From positions 10,230,001 to 10,294,000 of the forward strand of contig CM102287.1 in assembly GCA_046563655.1 (NCBI GenBank): 64,000 bases of DNA, given 5' to 3'. Below the pieces are notes generated by a model that ran no database searches, was not told the DNA's origin, and saw nothing but the letters and a program-made list of their open reading frames with translations. This DNA is from Yuukianura sp. NJ FZ-2021 (Eukaryota). The translations under genes and the position numbers were made by a program. Below are positions 13,893-26,663 of this stretch, one piece after another (within the stretch, counting starts at the first letter, position 1; the number at the start of each line of letters is the position of its first letter).

Positions 13893-15211
13893 ATGATGGA
13901 AGGATGGCAATGGGAAGCAGTTCCACCTCCAGGATTTCCCGTTCCAGACCAAACTGCTCTCCGCACGATTCTGCTTCGCAACTTCCGTCCACCAACGGCC
14001 AGCGACGACGCTGAACTACAACTGTTCCAGCGCATTTGTTCACAAGAGGTTCAAAACATTTGGCACCGACCAATCACAAGTAAGCAAAGTATTGTCCAGA
14101 AATTAAACTTTTTACAATACACTGTTCAGTTTCAGACCTTCCTGGACTCTCATCCTTCCCTTGTCCAGCACATTTTGAAGAGGACGATGACTTCCCAGAG
14201 ATCAAGTTGGACTTTGATCTTCCAGAATTCCAGTTGACATTGGACGATTCAGATGAAAATACACAAATTGTCTCTGAACCTCCAGTTACTCCTGAAGTTA
14301 TTGAGTCAGAGTCAGAACCTCAATCTGGACATGACACACGACCTCAACTTTTGGCCAAGTCAGATGTGGAAGATGACCAGCCACTGTTGGTGGGAACAGG
14401 TCCACCGCCAATACTGGAGATCGTGGGAACGCAGTATCGCAGTTTCAAGGATTTGGTCAAAGACTCCATTCTGCATGACCTTCCGCCCGAAAGTGACCGC
14501 ACTTACATTTGCGTCTTCTGTAAAGGGAACAACGAACCACAAAGTGTATACACTTCTCATGCAATCAGAATCGATGGGCTCGTCACATGTCCATTTCTTC
14601 GCAATCACGGTCAGTTAATTTCCAGTCTGTAAAGCCAAAATTTTAATGACTGTCATAAAATTTCATTTCATTTTGAAAATTCTGAAATCGTTCAACTGAA
14701 AATTCTGAAATCGTTTCAGTGTGTCAACTGTGCAAGGCCACTGGAACTGAGGCACATACGATCAAGTACTGTTTGAAGAACAGACGTGGATTCTTTGCTG
14801 CCAAGGCACGCGAAAAAGAGTGTCAGTTGGAATTGGACTCTGAGGAAACCGGTAAAATTTTGAAAAAAAAAAAACTTAAAAAATATGAACCGAATCAAGA
14901 ATGTTTTTTAAATTTGCAGAAATGGAGGTGAGCAGTACTGTAGGAAAGTGGAAAGAGTCAAAGGTCAAGAAACGAGGAGGGAAAGATGAGGCTAGAACGA
15001 ACAACGAACAAATTGAAACCGGTAAACATTTTTAGCAATTTCAAAGTTTCTTTTTTTTTTTATAAAGTATGAAATTAGTTGAATTTTTTTTTCAGATGTG
15101 AATATTGCCAGTGAAGCAGTTCAAATCCGGATTCAGCATCGTCGTAAGCAGAAACGTTGTCGCACTCGTCATGCAACCCCACCACGTTTCAAAAAAACTG
15201 CATCGTGCTAA
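13893..15211 (+). CDS. nanos: Nanos-like CCHC zinc-finger protein, 5 predicted coding exons
   Basis: CVFCKGNNEPQSVYTSHAIRIDGLVTCPFLRNH|VCQLCKATGTEAHTIKYC fits the tandem CCHC Nanos domain. Introns 14080-14135, 14610-14719, 14852-14919 and 15022-15095 keep frame; stop at 15209-15211. The start codon is less certain. Confidence 0.88.
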
Positions 15212-15396
15212 AACTTGAGGAAAAGCAGGAGCTGTCTTTGCCAAAACTTCAGAAAAAAATACTTTTCAGATCTCAAAAATTGTGATACAATATGCATGTT
15301 GCCAACATAAGTTTCGAAAGTTTAAATTACTAAAAATCAACGCAGTATTATAAAATAATTGTTCCGTAAAATCTTCAATAATCTTACGTTCTCTTT

Positions 15397-16855
15397 TTAT
15401 TTGAACTGGGAATTGAGGTACTGGACAAAGAGGTCACCCGTTTGACCTTGGAGTCCACCCACTTTAGTTATTGCGATGAACTGCCGTTTGAAACGCATCA
15501 GTTGTGCCAAGTTGACTGCCGTTCCTTCCTTTATCGTCACTGGAATTCCGGAGTGCGGAACTGTCACTTCAGTGTCTTCTGGAAAACTTAGTCCCCATTT
15601 CTTCTGTTCTTCCATCAAAGCCTTCGATTCAAATTGCAAAAAATCAGAAGTTAGTTTTCTAAAGTATTTCGAAAATCATGTCCAGAAATAACAATTTTTG
15701 TTAACTTTTTCTTACATTTATGACGTCTGAAGTGACTTTTTCAAAAGATACGAGATAACTTGACTCCGAAACAGGTTTCTAGAAAATGACATTTTTTAAA
15801 TTTTAAAAAGCTGTGACTTTGATAAGTTTTGTAAAACTTACACTCTGCGTTGACATATTTTGCTTTGGTGCTTTGCTACTGAATAGTGCTGCGTAGACTT
15901 GTTCAAAGTCCAAATCCTCTCCAGGAATTATGTTGAAGTAAGGCGAATCCCAGCGATTATCGGGATCTGGAGCTTCAAATCGCTGAATGAGGTGATCGAA
16001 TACTGTTCTGTTCGAAGACAAGTGAAAAGATAAACGATTTTACTAGATTCTGATTACTTTTAAGCAAAAGTCGTACCTGGTGTACTGCTTTTCTTGAGGT
16101 TGTGTTAGATTCCACTCCCAAGCTACATCGTCTGAAGCTTCACACTGAATTGTGACCTGTCTTGTGGGAACAGCTTTGGACATGCAGTAAAGTTCATATC
16201 GGTATCCTATAAAAGTCAATGTGTAGAAAGATTGTTAACTTTTAGCTGAAATTAAGTTTGATGCTACCTTTGATGTAATTGAGGGCATCCAAGATTACAA
16301 CATCTTCCTTGTTCAGCATCCTACAAAACAAGACATTCATTGATATTATCAAGGTTGATCGCTGTGTTAAGGGTAATCCAGCGCTGCTTTCCAATGAACA
16401 CAATCAAAATCAGCTTTCACAATGATCTCAGACGTTCAGAACAGTCTGGAAGATGCAAAGGGAAAGCCGAATTTGAAGGTGTAGGGTGTAGACAGTCCAG
16501 CATCTTCTTATTCACGCAGTGAACCCTGTATCTCAGAACATGACAATTAGTAATTAGTTAATTAGAAATTACCTTTGTGCCTCAGACTTCAATTTTCCAC
16601 GAAGTTCCTTCTCTTTCCTGGAATCTGCAACAAAAATGAATTGACAACAGATTACATCGTGGCTGATGACATTCAGTTTCCAGTATTTGGCATGGCCTTA
16701 CCATCCAGGATGTCGTTTTTCTCTCCTCTGAATAAATCCTGTTCACGGACAATGACCACTTTCTTGCCCTTCTCCGTCTGTAAATATTCGGCTAACTTAT
16801 TGGCCCAAGTTGTCTTTCCGGTTGACGGGTGACCACAGAATACGACCAGCGGCAT
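15397..16855 (-). CDS. KTI12: KTI12 homolog (Elongator-associated P-loop protein)
   Basis: MPLVVFCGHPSTGKTT, EKELRGKLKS, VVILDALNYIKGYRYELYC, RFEAPDPDNRWDSP, L.QLMRFKRQFI, LFVQYLN. Confidence 0.95.
16330..16545 (-). ncRNA. Candidate structured intronic RNA in KTI12 intron 2 (unassigned)
   Basis: 252-nt intron, longer and less AT-rich than neighbouring introns, with several consecutive stems (see findings); no family recognised. Confidence 0.3.
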
Positions 16856-17043
16856 ATCGGATGACAATTCTCCGACCTGTAAGTTAACTAATTTCAGTCT
16901 AACGATAACTTAATTGAACGGCAGCACTATTTAGTGAACTCCAAGTCCAAAGTCAAACTTTAACACCGCACAGCAGAAATTTCATTACCTTTCCACATGA
17001 TATGCCATGCCGAGTGTAAAATAGAGGCTCACTAATCCGCTGA

Positions 17044-17054
17044 TTTGGCGGAAA
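17044..17054. promoter_or_regulatory. E2F-like site TTTGGCGGAAA in the divergent KTI12/dUTPase promoter gap
   Basis: Overlapping E2F-type cores on both strands between head-to-head starts (16855 and 17369); dUTPase is a typical E2F-regulated gene. Confidence 0.35.
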
Positions 17055-17368
17055 TGAAAACACTAAACAAACGCAATGGCAATTTGCAAACGCAATGGCA
17101 ATTGCAAAATGCATTTCTCATTTTCAATTTAGTAATGCTTTATTGGTTATTATAAGAAAAATTCTACACTTTTAATTTGTTTATATCAGAAGAAAACCGG
17201 TAGAAAAAATTAAGTATTATCAAAGTGATTTTTAATTACGCCTTTCTGTCTTTAAATTTAAGTTTGAGTGGAAATGTGTTTTGCAGGTTTCGCAATTTGC
17301 AGTTTTGCAATGCTATATTTTGCCATTTTGCAACGAAAGGATCAATGAATTGTGTCAAATGATCAACA

Positions 17369-18538
17369 ATGGAATTTACAAAGACCGGCGGCTTTTTGTT
17401 CGTTTCCCTCCAAAATGTCTTTGTAATTGGAAGACGTCCAGGAAGATTTCGGTGCTCCACCATTTTGAGAACGGCAGTGTGCTCTTCGTCTTCGCTTTGC
17501 CAGGATCTTTGTCACCCGTACCTGTTTCGCAGCATCTCTACGTCTTCTGGTCCAGTATCAACACATTCGTGGCTGTTACTGCAAAAACAGGTCGGTCATC
17601 TTCAGAAAAGTACTAAAAATAACATGGGATCCTCCGTTGATGAAAATCAGGACACCACTACTGGGTCACAGACAGAACAATCGCGGTCAAAGCTCCTTTT
17701 CGTCAAAGTGACTGAACATGCTTCAACTCCCACAAAGGGAAGCAAATACAGTGCTGGATACGATTTGAAGAGGTAATGGGCAATTGAGATATCAATCAAT
17801 TAATGGCAGGCAGGTTCTAATTGTATTCTGAATGATTTTAGCGCTTATGATGTGATCGTACCGAAGCGGGGTTCGGCTGTGGTCAAAACTGATATTCAGA
17901 TCCAGTTGCCACACGGTACTTATGGACGAATTGCTCCTCGTTCTGGATTGGCTGTCAAGAACAAGATTGACGTTGGTGGTAAGTATTTACCTGGGTAAAC
18001 TATTTGATCACAACGTTTCCAATTCGTTTATATGCCAGCCTTGAATTTTAATTTCGTTTTTGTTCATACTAGCTGGCGTAGTCGATGAGGATTACCGTGG
18101 AAATCTCGGTGTTGTTCTCTTCAATCATGGAGACGAAGACTTCCAAGTCGAGAAAGGAGATCGTATTGCTCAACTCATCTGTGAAAAGATCGAGTATCCA
18201 GAGATTCTGGAAGTCGAGGTAAACCGTCATCTCAGTATTCATTTTGTCAATGATTTCGTGAGATAATCTTAACATTTCACTTACATCAGAATTTGGAAGT
18301 GAGTGATCGAGGACACAACGGTTTTGGATCTACGGGAGTGAAGAAGATCAAACTAGACGGTGACGTGGATGTCAAGTCTCGTGAAACCGGTGAGGAGTGT
18401 GCAGAGTTGCAACCGAAGGAGGTCACAATGGACGTTGAGTCCGGCGAAGTCGCTGTTTCTGTTTCTTCTCCAGTGAAGGAGGTCAAGATCGGCATTTTGT
18501 CTCCAAGCAAACTCCAACCCACTGCTGGCACCGACTGA
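17369..18538 (+). CDS. DUT: dUTPase, with two in-frame ATGs (17369 putative mitochondrial form, 17624 short form)
   Basis: All five motifs present: [41 protein letters not shown]. The 85-aa N-terminal extension is R/S/T-rich. Confidence 0.96.
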
Positions 18539-19054
18539 AGAGCCGAAAACCAAAAGAACACCGAAGACTGCTAATTTATCATTTCATTTGTGTTGAGTAA
18601 GCTCATTTATTTCCCCATTTCTCAGTTTCATCTCCGTATTTCTAATTCCTCGATTTCAGTTTCTCATTTTCTCTAACCCAATTCTATAAGTTAATTGACA
18701 CCCTTAAAATAATTTATTTCATGCAACTAATTAGTTGAGTGATGTATACTTTACGAAAGTCTAGCTGGACTTCTTTTACTCTTGGTTGAGTTGTGATGCC
18801 TAAGGATTATTGTTCTTTTGAGAATAGACTAAAAGTTAGTTGGCTGACATGACATGGAAGGAAGTGGGGTCAAAGGTGACTTGAAATGTTTATTTCTTGG
18901 GCGTTGGTTCTTTGGAGCTCTGTTGCTGGGCAACTGGTTGACGCAGAGCCTGGATCGCTTGTTCTTTTTCACTTTGTTTGGCTTGTTGCTGAGCCAAGGT
19001 CATTCCGATGGGCAGAGTGGATGTGCTGGCACTGGACTCCAGCTTCTTTCGTTG

Positions 19055-22000
19055 TCACATCTTCTGCATACTCACCACCAATCCTTTGTGGGTACGAATC
19101 AATATTTTTATGTTATATTTTCATTAATAATTTCATACTAATAGTTTTGTTAACATATTTATATTGCATTTTTAGTACCAGTGTTGGGTGATGGATCTTT
19201 GACTAGTGGTCGGATGTCAGCAAACTTTGGATGCTCCTTGTCTCCCAGAATTTTGAAAATGATCGTTTCCGAAGTGGTCACAAAACAGCCAATTTGCCTC
19301 AAGCGCTAAAAACAGTACATTGGTAATTTTTTCATGATTTATTTTGATTTTTGAAAATTTTTACCTCAAATGCAAACATTCGATCTGCAGGATTTCTGGA
19401 AGTCGTAGCATCAGCGATGACATGCACCTTTAAATTCTTGGCCAGCAGAGAAATTGCTGTCTGTTCCACACAAATGTGAGTCTAAAATCAAACGAAAGTA
19501 AAATTTTTTCGAAAATTCTTAAAATTGTAATTTGTTTTCAGACATGCTGACCTCGATTCCAAAGAGAACAACACTTTCAAGCACACCATCGCAGAGGGAC
19601 TGGAGCAACCTCTCCACTTCTGGAACGATCATACTGAACTTCGTCTTCCCCAACACAACCACTGCCTTCTTGATATCAATTTCTGGAACAGTTTGGCCCA
19701 ATCCTCTCGGATACTGCTCAGTCACCACCAGTGGAATGCCCATGACCTTTGACACCTCCACCTACAACGTCAAAAACCAATCATACCAATTCAAAGTCTC
19801 ACAAACTTCTAAGTTCAAGCTCAGAGAAGTTTTGAAAAGGAAAACATTTCATGAACTCATGAAAAGGAAGCATCCGACTTTTCTCATAACATCATTAAAA
19901 ACACATCGCCGCATCTCGACCTTCTCAAAACCCAAAGTTCAAACTGAACTTCGTCATCCGTATTCTAAAAAGTAAGCGAATTTCGGAAACTCCGTTTCAA
20001 TTTTCTAAAAAGATAATGTAACTTTTTTTTTCAACAGACAACCAGAAAACCTCAAGCGGAAATGGAAGATTGTGATGCTATTCGTTTCTAAATTACTCTG
20101 CATTGTCTCTCTTCTAAACCCGGAATTCATGTGACCACTTTGTTCTAAAAAGTTAAATCAGCTATTTTTTTTTGAAAAACTAAAACAATTGAATTGTTTT
20201 TGGTGCAGTGACAAAAGACGTAGTGGGTCTCTGGTGGTGATGTTTGGAGTGTAGATGAAGATGAGATTGTGTTGACGAGGGACCAACTGAGAGATGCCTT
20301 GAATGCAAAGGATCCTGTCCAGAAAATTATCGTCGGGAGTCTAGAGTTGGTGCGTTGCCAAAAAAGACAAGAGTTGGAAGTGGAGATGAAGGGCCTAGAT
20401 TAACTTTTGTTCAAATGAATGTCCTTCTCTCTCTCCAGAGACAAAGGGCTACTCTGGAAAAGTGTCCAGAGCCCTTCATGCTCCAGTCCTTCTTGTGGAA
20501 AATGAGAAAAGGAGACTTGGAAATTAATTATGGATTAAATAGACACAGACAGCCTCCGCTACATTAACTGCTGCCGCTGCAAATTACTTTCCAAATACAA
20601 AATTTTAACACAAAAAATAGCCCTAATGGGAAGCCTTGACATTTTTTCGGGGAAAAATTTGAAGATGCTTTTTAAAGGTTTTAAAAAACGCTTGAGATCA
20701 TTGTGATTTAATAGGGAAGAGATCTTTTTATAGGTAGCATTCCTTTTTAAAACTAGAAAATCCAAAATTGTGCGAATCTTGAATTTAAACAACTAAAACG
20801 ACTAAATTAACAATGAATTAATTAAGCATTAACTAAGAAGGAGTTCATATTTGGAATGAATCTTCGGAGTTCGGATGTAGGGAGATCTGTTGTTGATGTT
20901 TTTAAAATTTGTTTCCTTCCAACACAAACATGAGAATGAAGAAAAAATTTGGTGACTTTTCCTTTTATATAGAAAAGGATGGAGTTACTGGTTACTCTTT
21001 CGAGGAGTAAAATCCTACGGAATCCTACTCTTTTGGAGTTGGAAATGGGAACCGCCCCCTTCCAGGACCACGACGCGAGTGAGTGAGAACAATTTGGTGC
21101 GGTTTCTTTTTATATAAAAATGAAAGGAGTAACAGGTAACTCTTTTTTGCGTTTTGCTGTTCCGCCGGAGGTCCGCACTCATGAACTACACCTGGCGCCT
21201 CTTTTGTCCACTCCAGATGTCCGCACTCCGGAACTACCCCGACCCTTTTTCTGTTTTTGCAAATTTTTTTTTGTTTTACCTAAGAAACGGAAAGGAGTAA
21301 CTCGTAACTCTTTTGGAGAGTTACTGGTAACTCTTTCGCGGGGTAACATTTAACTCTTTTGCAGATTTCTAAGGCCACGCCCCATCCGCCGGTTCATGTG
21401 CCAAAACATCATTTCAGATAATTCGGTGCAGAAATTTTCAAAAAACGCACCATCAGAAATTTGTCCAATTTCGAAAAATAAACATGGACTACTATTAATA
21501 CCATATCCTTTTTTTTTGAAAATCGATCGCAAACTTCTTGTTCGTTTTTGAATTTTTAAAATTTTAAAAATTAATTTTTCTGAATTCAGGTGTGTAGAGT
21601 AAAATTCTCTATCTCTTTCCGTTAAAAAGTTATGAATTTTTAAAGTTTTGTGAATTTTGAAATTAAGTTTGAATGGACGAAAAAGTTGAGGGATTAGCCC
21701 ATTCAAAAGTCTTCACTTTTCGACTCAACTTTTTCACTCTCCTACAAACACACTCATTTTTTGGCAGTTTTTCACTTCGAAAAATTTCCACTTTGCAGCG
21801 ATTTCTGTGGCTCCAGCGCTCGGATCTAGTCATACGACATCGTCCTAAACAATTTTATGTCAAAATTTTAAAAAATAAAAAACAAGAAGTACAGAAAAAA
21901 AGCACAGCATCAAAATTTTGACAGCTTTAGGGTGTTTTTTAGAATTTTTTAAAAATTCTACACATTTTTCTGAATTCAGGCGTGTAGAGTAAAATTCTCT

Positions 22001-23292
22001 ATCTCCTTCCGTTAAAAAGTTATGAATTTTTAAAGTTTTGCAAATTTAAATTTTCGGGGGAGAGAATTTTGTATTGGTTTGTAAAGGAAGCTGCTGGGAA
22101 ACTGTCCGAGTTGACAGGATATTATGCGAGCCAAAAAGGCTCCTCTCCTTCCCTCTACTTTTCCCGCAACTCAAACTCCCATACAAAAAGCAATACAAGA
22201 GGAACCTCCCTATCTGCCTCTTTGCTCCGTAGAATCTCCGATCAACTTTTCTGCTCTCTCGAAGGCTTCTCATGTAAAATACTCTTTCCAAAACACCAAT
22301 CCTTTACCCGTGTTTTAAATTTTTAAAATTTCCACTTTGCAGCGATTTCTGCACTTCGGATCAAGTTACACAACATTGCATGTAATTTTAGCGAGCAAAT
22401 TTTTCAAATTTTTGGATTTTTTTTAAGAAACGATTTGTGGGAAAAGCTCCCTGGAGAAGGAGTGAAAGTGGAAAAATAAAATTGCTCAATTTTTTGGGTT
22501 CTGCTCCTGGGTTTTGTGTAGTGTGTCTCTGGAGAGACTTGCTGGATGGTGTTCTCCAGAACCACTGGAACGAAACTTCCAATCTGAAACGTGCCAATTT
22601 TAGCCGCCATTTTTTATTCAAAAAGGAGAGTTGCGGGAAACTACCACTTTTGAACAAAACTTCCGTTTTACTTTTTAATTTTAATCCCCCACTTCATCAC
22701 ACTTTCAACTTCTACAACTTCTACGTCAAAATCTCCAGACACTCCTTCACTCCATTTTTCTCAATAAAAACTCAACTTCTAAAAAAAGTAAAGGTCACCG
22801 CAAGGTCAAAGGTCATCTGCTCTACTTTTAAGTAAATTACGCAGGAATTGGTGAACTGCAGAGTGGAAACCTCAAAAAGTCAAAGCGAATTCAACACAAA
22901 AGAAAGTGTGGAAGCGAAGTAGGCCAATTTCATTAAACTCCAAAATTTCATTTTCGCAAATTCAAACAAAAATGTCACTTATTTTTTCAAAAATTAATTA
23001 CTTCCTTTCTGCTAATTAATTGACTTACTATAGAACCAGAAAGTGCTTAGGAGAGAACTGAAATATAGTCACGTGTTTTGAACATTCTTTCCTAAAATTT
23101 CGAAATGAACTCAAAATATTGGTGTTTTTTGAAAACAAATTTTTTTATCGCTTTTACCATTTTTCTGGCGACGGACACAACTTCGTCAAAGTAGAGCATG
23201 GCAGGTCTGAATTTTTCCTGGATGTCACACATGAAGAAAGCAGTTCGACTGGGGTTGAGGAGCCCCAAGTCCTTGAGGAGCTTCGCAGCCAT
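19055..23292 (-). CDS. ISOC1: Isochorismatase domain-containing protein 1-like
   Basis: [63 protein letters not shown]; ~3.4 kb first intron. The last exon is inferred from an AAG acceptor at 19084 ([11 protein letters not shown]). Confidence 0.9.
20970..22350. repeat. Degenerate repetitive, probably transposon-derived segment in ISOC1 intron 1
   Basis: Four copies of a quasi-palindrome gagt(t/a)acNNgt(t/a)actcttt (~20981, 21127, 21295, 21318); ~75 bp direct repeat at ~21575 and ~21965; aaaatttccactttgcagcgatttctg at 21781 and ~22325. Confidence 0.6.
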
Positions 23293-23917
23293 TCCACTTG
23301 ACCTCTCCTGACCTTCTGAGTGAAAAGTTGATCTCTCGTGACCTTTGGAGTGAAAAGTTGACCTCTGACGTGAGATTGAGGTAGGAACGTGTGATTTGGT
23401 TCCTTGTGGACTGTGAGTTGACTTTGGACGTGTCTAGTAGTATAGTGAGGAAGGTGGAGAAAGGAGTGAAAGCGCAGGACTCCTTCCAGGAACTTTGTTC
23501 GGACTGTGACTGGAGCCGAGTGGATAATTAAATTGGGGCAATGCTTCTCCAGGGACAGCCACTTTTACTCCTTATGGGCTCCCCAAAAACTTAATTCTCT
23601 TACTTAAACTACTTTAGAAGCCTTCCTCTTTCAAAAATTCACCAAAATCACCTTCACTTTTCACGCAAATACTCCCCTTCTACTAAAAAAAATCGTAAAC
23701 TTCCTACTTTCTAAAGGAAAATGTTCCCGGTGACCTTTGACCTCTCAAAGAACAGTTGCCTGGGATGTGAATGAAATAAAACTGATATTTGTAAACACAA
23801 ATTCTCCAGACGAGTCAATTCCCAAATAAAATTTTGAAACCAGCAGAGTTTTCAAGTTTATGATTTTTCAAAATGATTTTTTTAGTTATTTATGAAAATA
23901 AAAATTATCTGTAGGAA

Positions 23918-26663
23918 ATGCCAAACTCAAGATGGTTTTGGAGTGTTGTTTTTGTGTGGATGACCTTGGAGTGGATTCCCCCCGCAAGGGGTATCTGTGA
24001 CCCCACTTCGCATAGACTCATTGACCCCAAAACCAACAAGCCTTTCCGTAAAACACTCAAAATTTTAAAAACTTTGACCTTTGACCTCTAAAATTTGCTT
24101 GATCTCCGGACTTGAATTGGACAGCGGATGGTTCAGTGTGTCCGACTGGAGAGTTTTGCAAAGCCCAAGACCCGCCTGCGACTCCTCCAGTGGGTGACTG
24201 TACCAAGAAAGGTTCCGTGGACGCTCCCTGCACTTCCAATGGTAAATCTTCATTTGACCTTGACCCCGTGACCTTGACCTTTCTCCCTGCCATTTCAGCT
24301 GGATGTGAGCCTGGTACATTGGTGGAAGCCAACAAGTTCGTTTGTAGTAAGAAACCAGGGGAGACTTCTGGAAAATGTGGCTGTCTCCATGACTACTTGA
24401 GCACGGAGGAGAAGGAACAACGGCTGGACGAAGAGGGATTCAGCTGGAATAAAGCCAAAGATGGCAAGGGGTGCGTCAAGTCAGTGCAGGACAAGCGACC
24501 TTGCAACCCCCGAACAGACGGTCAGCTAAAACAATTAAATAATATGTATTATAACTATAATTTATATAATATAATTACAATTAATATAATACAACTTATG
24601 TTGTTCTTACAAAGTTTGTGAAACGCAACAGTTGGTTTGTCGACCCCGGGATGGAAAGGCGGGCGACAACTTCTGTCTGTATCCCTTTGGAACTCAACCG
24701 ATCGACAAAGCATGCTTGGATCCCTCAGGTCCTATTATTACATTATATAATTTATTCGATTATTACTATAATTTATTATGTTTATTATATTATATTATAG
24801 GGTGTGCCACGTAAAAGTAAACGCTGGAAAAATAACTTGGTTGTTGATTTCCAGAATTATAGGGGGGAAACTGTAGCAAAAATTGTAAAACCTAAAAAAG
24901 TTAATAGTTCGTAAAATTCGAAATAAAAAATTTTAACATTATTTGGTACGATTTCCCCTACATTGTTTACAGTTTTGGGTCAAGTTGCCTCAGGCGTTTA
25001 CTTTTACGTGCCACACCCATTATAATTATTTGTAAAGGTCAAAGGTCAATGAACTCACATGTGGCATTCCAGATTGTGCAAGTCCTTTCACATGTCGGAC
25101 CATGAAGGGCCTTTCTTTCTGCGACTGTCCGGAATCCTTCAGGAAGGACAAAAATAAATGCATACCCAGATACGTTGGGTTTCTCATACAATGTGACAAC
25201 AACGATGGTTACAACGATCTGAATAATAAAATAAATAAATATATTATTACATTTTAATTAATTATATTAGATTGTTTGCCTCTGTGGCACATCATCTGTG
25301 ATCCCAACAAAGTCTGCAACTGCCAGTCAGTTGGGCGTGATGTCTACGAGTACTTTCCACAAATCAATAAACAGGTACTTCAATTCTTTAGTTATTCTAA
25401 ATTATTCAATTTATATAATTAATTTTCATATAATTAAAATTAAAAACTGAGCTTACTTTTTTTGTTACTAGGACCGTTGCTACCAAACGTATGAGCTTGG
25501 GGAACCATGCACACTGGACGGCATTCTCACAGACAAGGGCGCTGATCACAGTAAAAATCCAAAAATTGAGCGTGACCTTGACCTTTGATGACATTGACCT
25601 CCATTTCAGATTGTCGCAGAAGAACGAGTGAACGTTTAGAAACGAACTTGCTTTGTCTCAATGGGACTTGTGCATGTGAAGCGGATCACTTCAGGTTCGA
25701 CACCAAAACGGAAACTTGTACGCAGCTTTATGCCTGGTACGACGAACCCTGCAACGCTGGTAAGGTCAACAACAGGTCAATTTTAAAAAAAAATCATTTC
25801 AAAAATGGTATTGGAAACTCACTTTCTGAGCAGACTCCGACAAGCCTAATGCTGCTGTAGACAAACTGTAAGTAAAAAAAAGAATCAATATCAGATAAAT
25901 TTTTTGCACAAACAATGACCTGTGACCTCGCTTGACCTCATGACCTTGCGATTGACCTTTGCAGCTACCACTGTGACTCAAAGCTACAACTGACTTGTGG
26001 TCTCGACTTCAAATGTCAATGCCTCCCTAATGCCAAACTCCTTCTGAACAAGAGAAAAGCCTGTCAGATACGAACTACTCGTAAGCTAAATTTCTGTCTA
26101 AAAAAGAACGCAACAAATTTTCGTCTTTGAATTTTGAAAAATCTTGAAACTGAATAATTTTGATTTGATTTTGAAAAGTTTTTACAAATTCGGAAATCCT
26201 TTTCATTGTCGGAGTTTCATAAATCAAAACAAATTAAGTTTTCGATTTCTGCAATTCTATAAAGTACCGCTTCCGTGTTTTTGATTTTGCGAAAAACCTT
26301 GTTCAAATTGAAATTGAAATTAAAAAATTTCTACATTTTTTTAGTAAAAGAAATTGGTGAACCTTGTGACGACGAATCACGTAAGAAAACAAATTACTCA
26401 ACACTTTTTCTTCGTCTCTTTTTTTTATCATTTTATCTTACGTGAAAGTCATTGACCTTTGACCTCGTCCTTCCTCAGTTTTGTGTGATGCTGATCTGTT
26501 CTTGGGTTGCAAAAACGGAAGATGCTCATGCGTAGAGGATCCAGCGATTGTGGCTGAAGGGAAGACGTGTCGCTTCATCAACTACAACCGAAAAGCTGCC
26601 GCTCAGCGCTCTCTTCCAGCCCTCCGCTCTTTCTTGGCTCTCCTCGCAGCGATGGATTTTTAG
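23918..26663 (+). CDS. Secreted or surface cysteine-rich repeat protein (EB-module-like), multi-exon
   Basis: Signal-peptide-like MPNSRWFWSVVFVWMTLEWIPPARG; repeated Cys modules (LLCLNGTCACEADH, LTCGLDFKCQC, LGCKNGRCSCVED); mostly phase-1 introns; hydrophobic C-terminus. Confidence 0.75.
24800..25018. mobile_element. MITE with 25-bp TIRs, Tc1/mariner-like ends
   Basis: gggtgtgccacgtaaaagtaaacgc ... gcgtttacttttacgtgccacaccc (one mismatch), inserted in a TA-rich intron. Confidence 0.8.

Noticed and set aside
15212..15396. Smaug recognition element (CAGGA) in the nanos 3' UTR
   Set aside because: Only about 2 bp of closing stem, so not a credible stem-loop.
16420..16440. RNase P RNA in the KTI12 intron (GAACGTCTGAGA resembles CR-I)
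   Set aside because: No CR-V partner (AATTCAGAC-like) downstream and too little intron remains.
19055..19057. ISOC1 TGA as selenocysteine
   Set aside because: Not at a conserved Cys position and no SECIS-like element was recognised.
20220..20570. Coding-looking stretch inside ISOC1 intron 1
   Set aside because: Short frames bounded by stops with no identifiable product; probably a relic.
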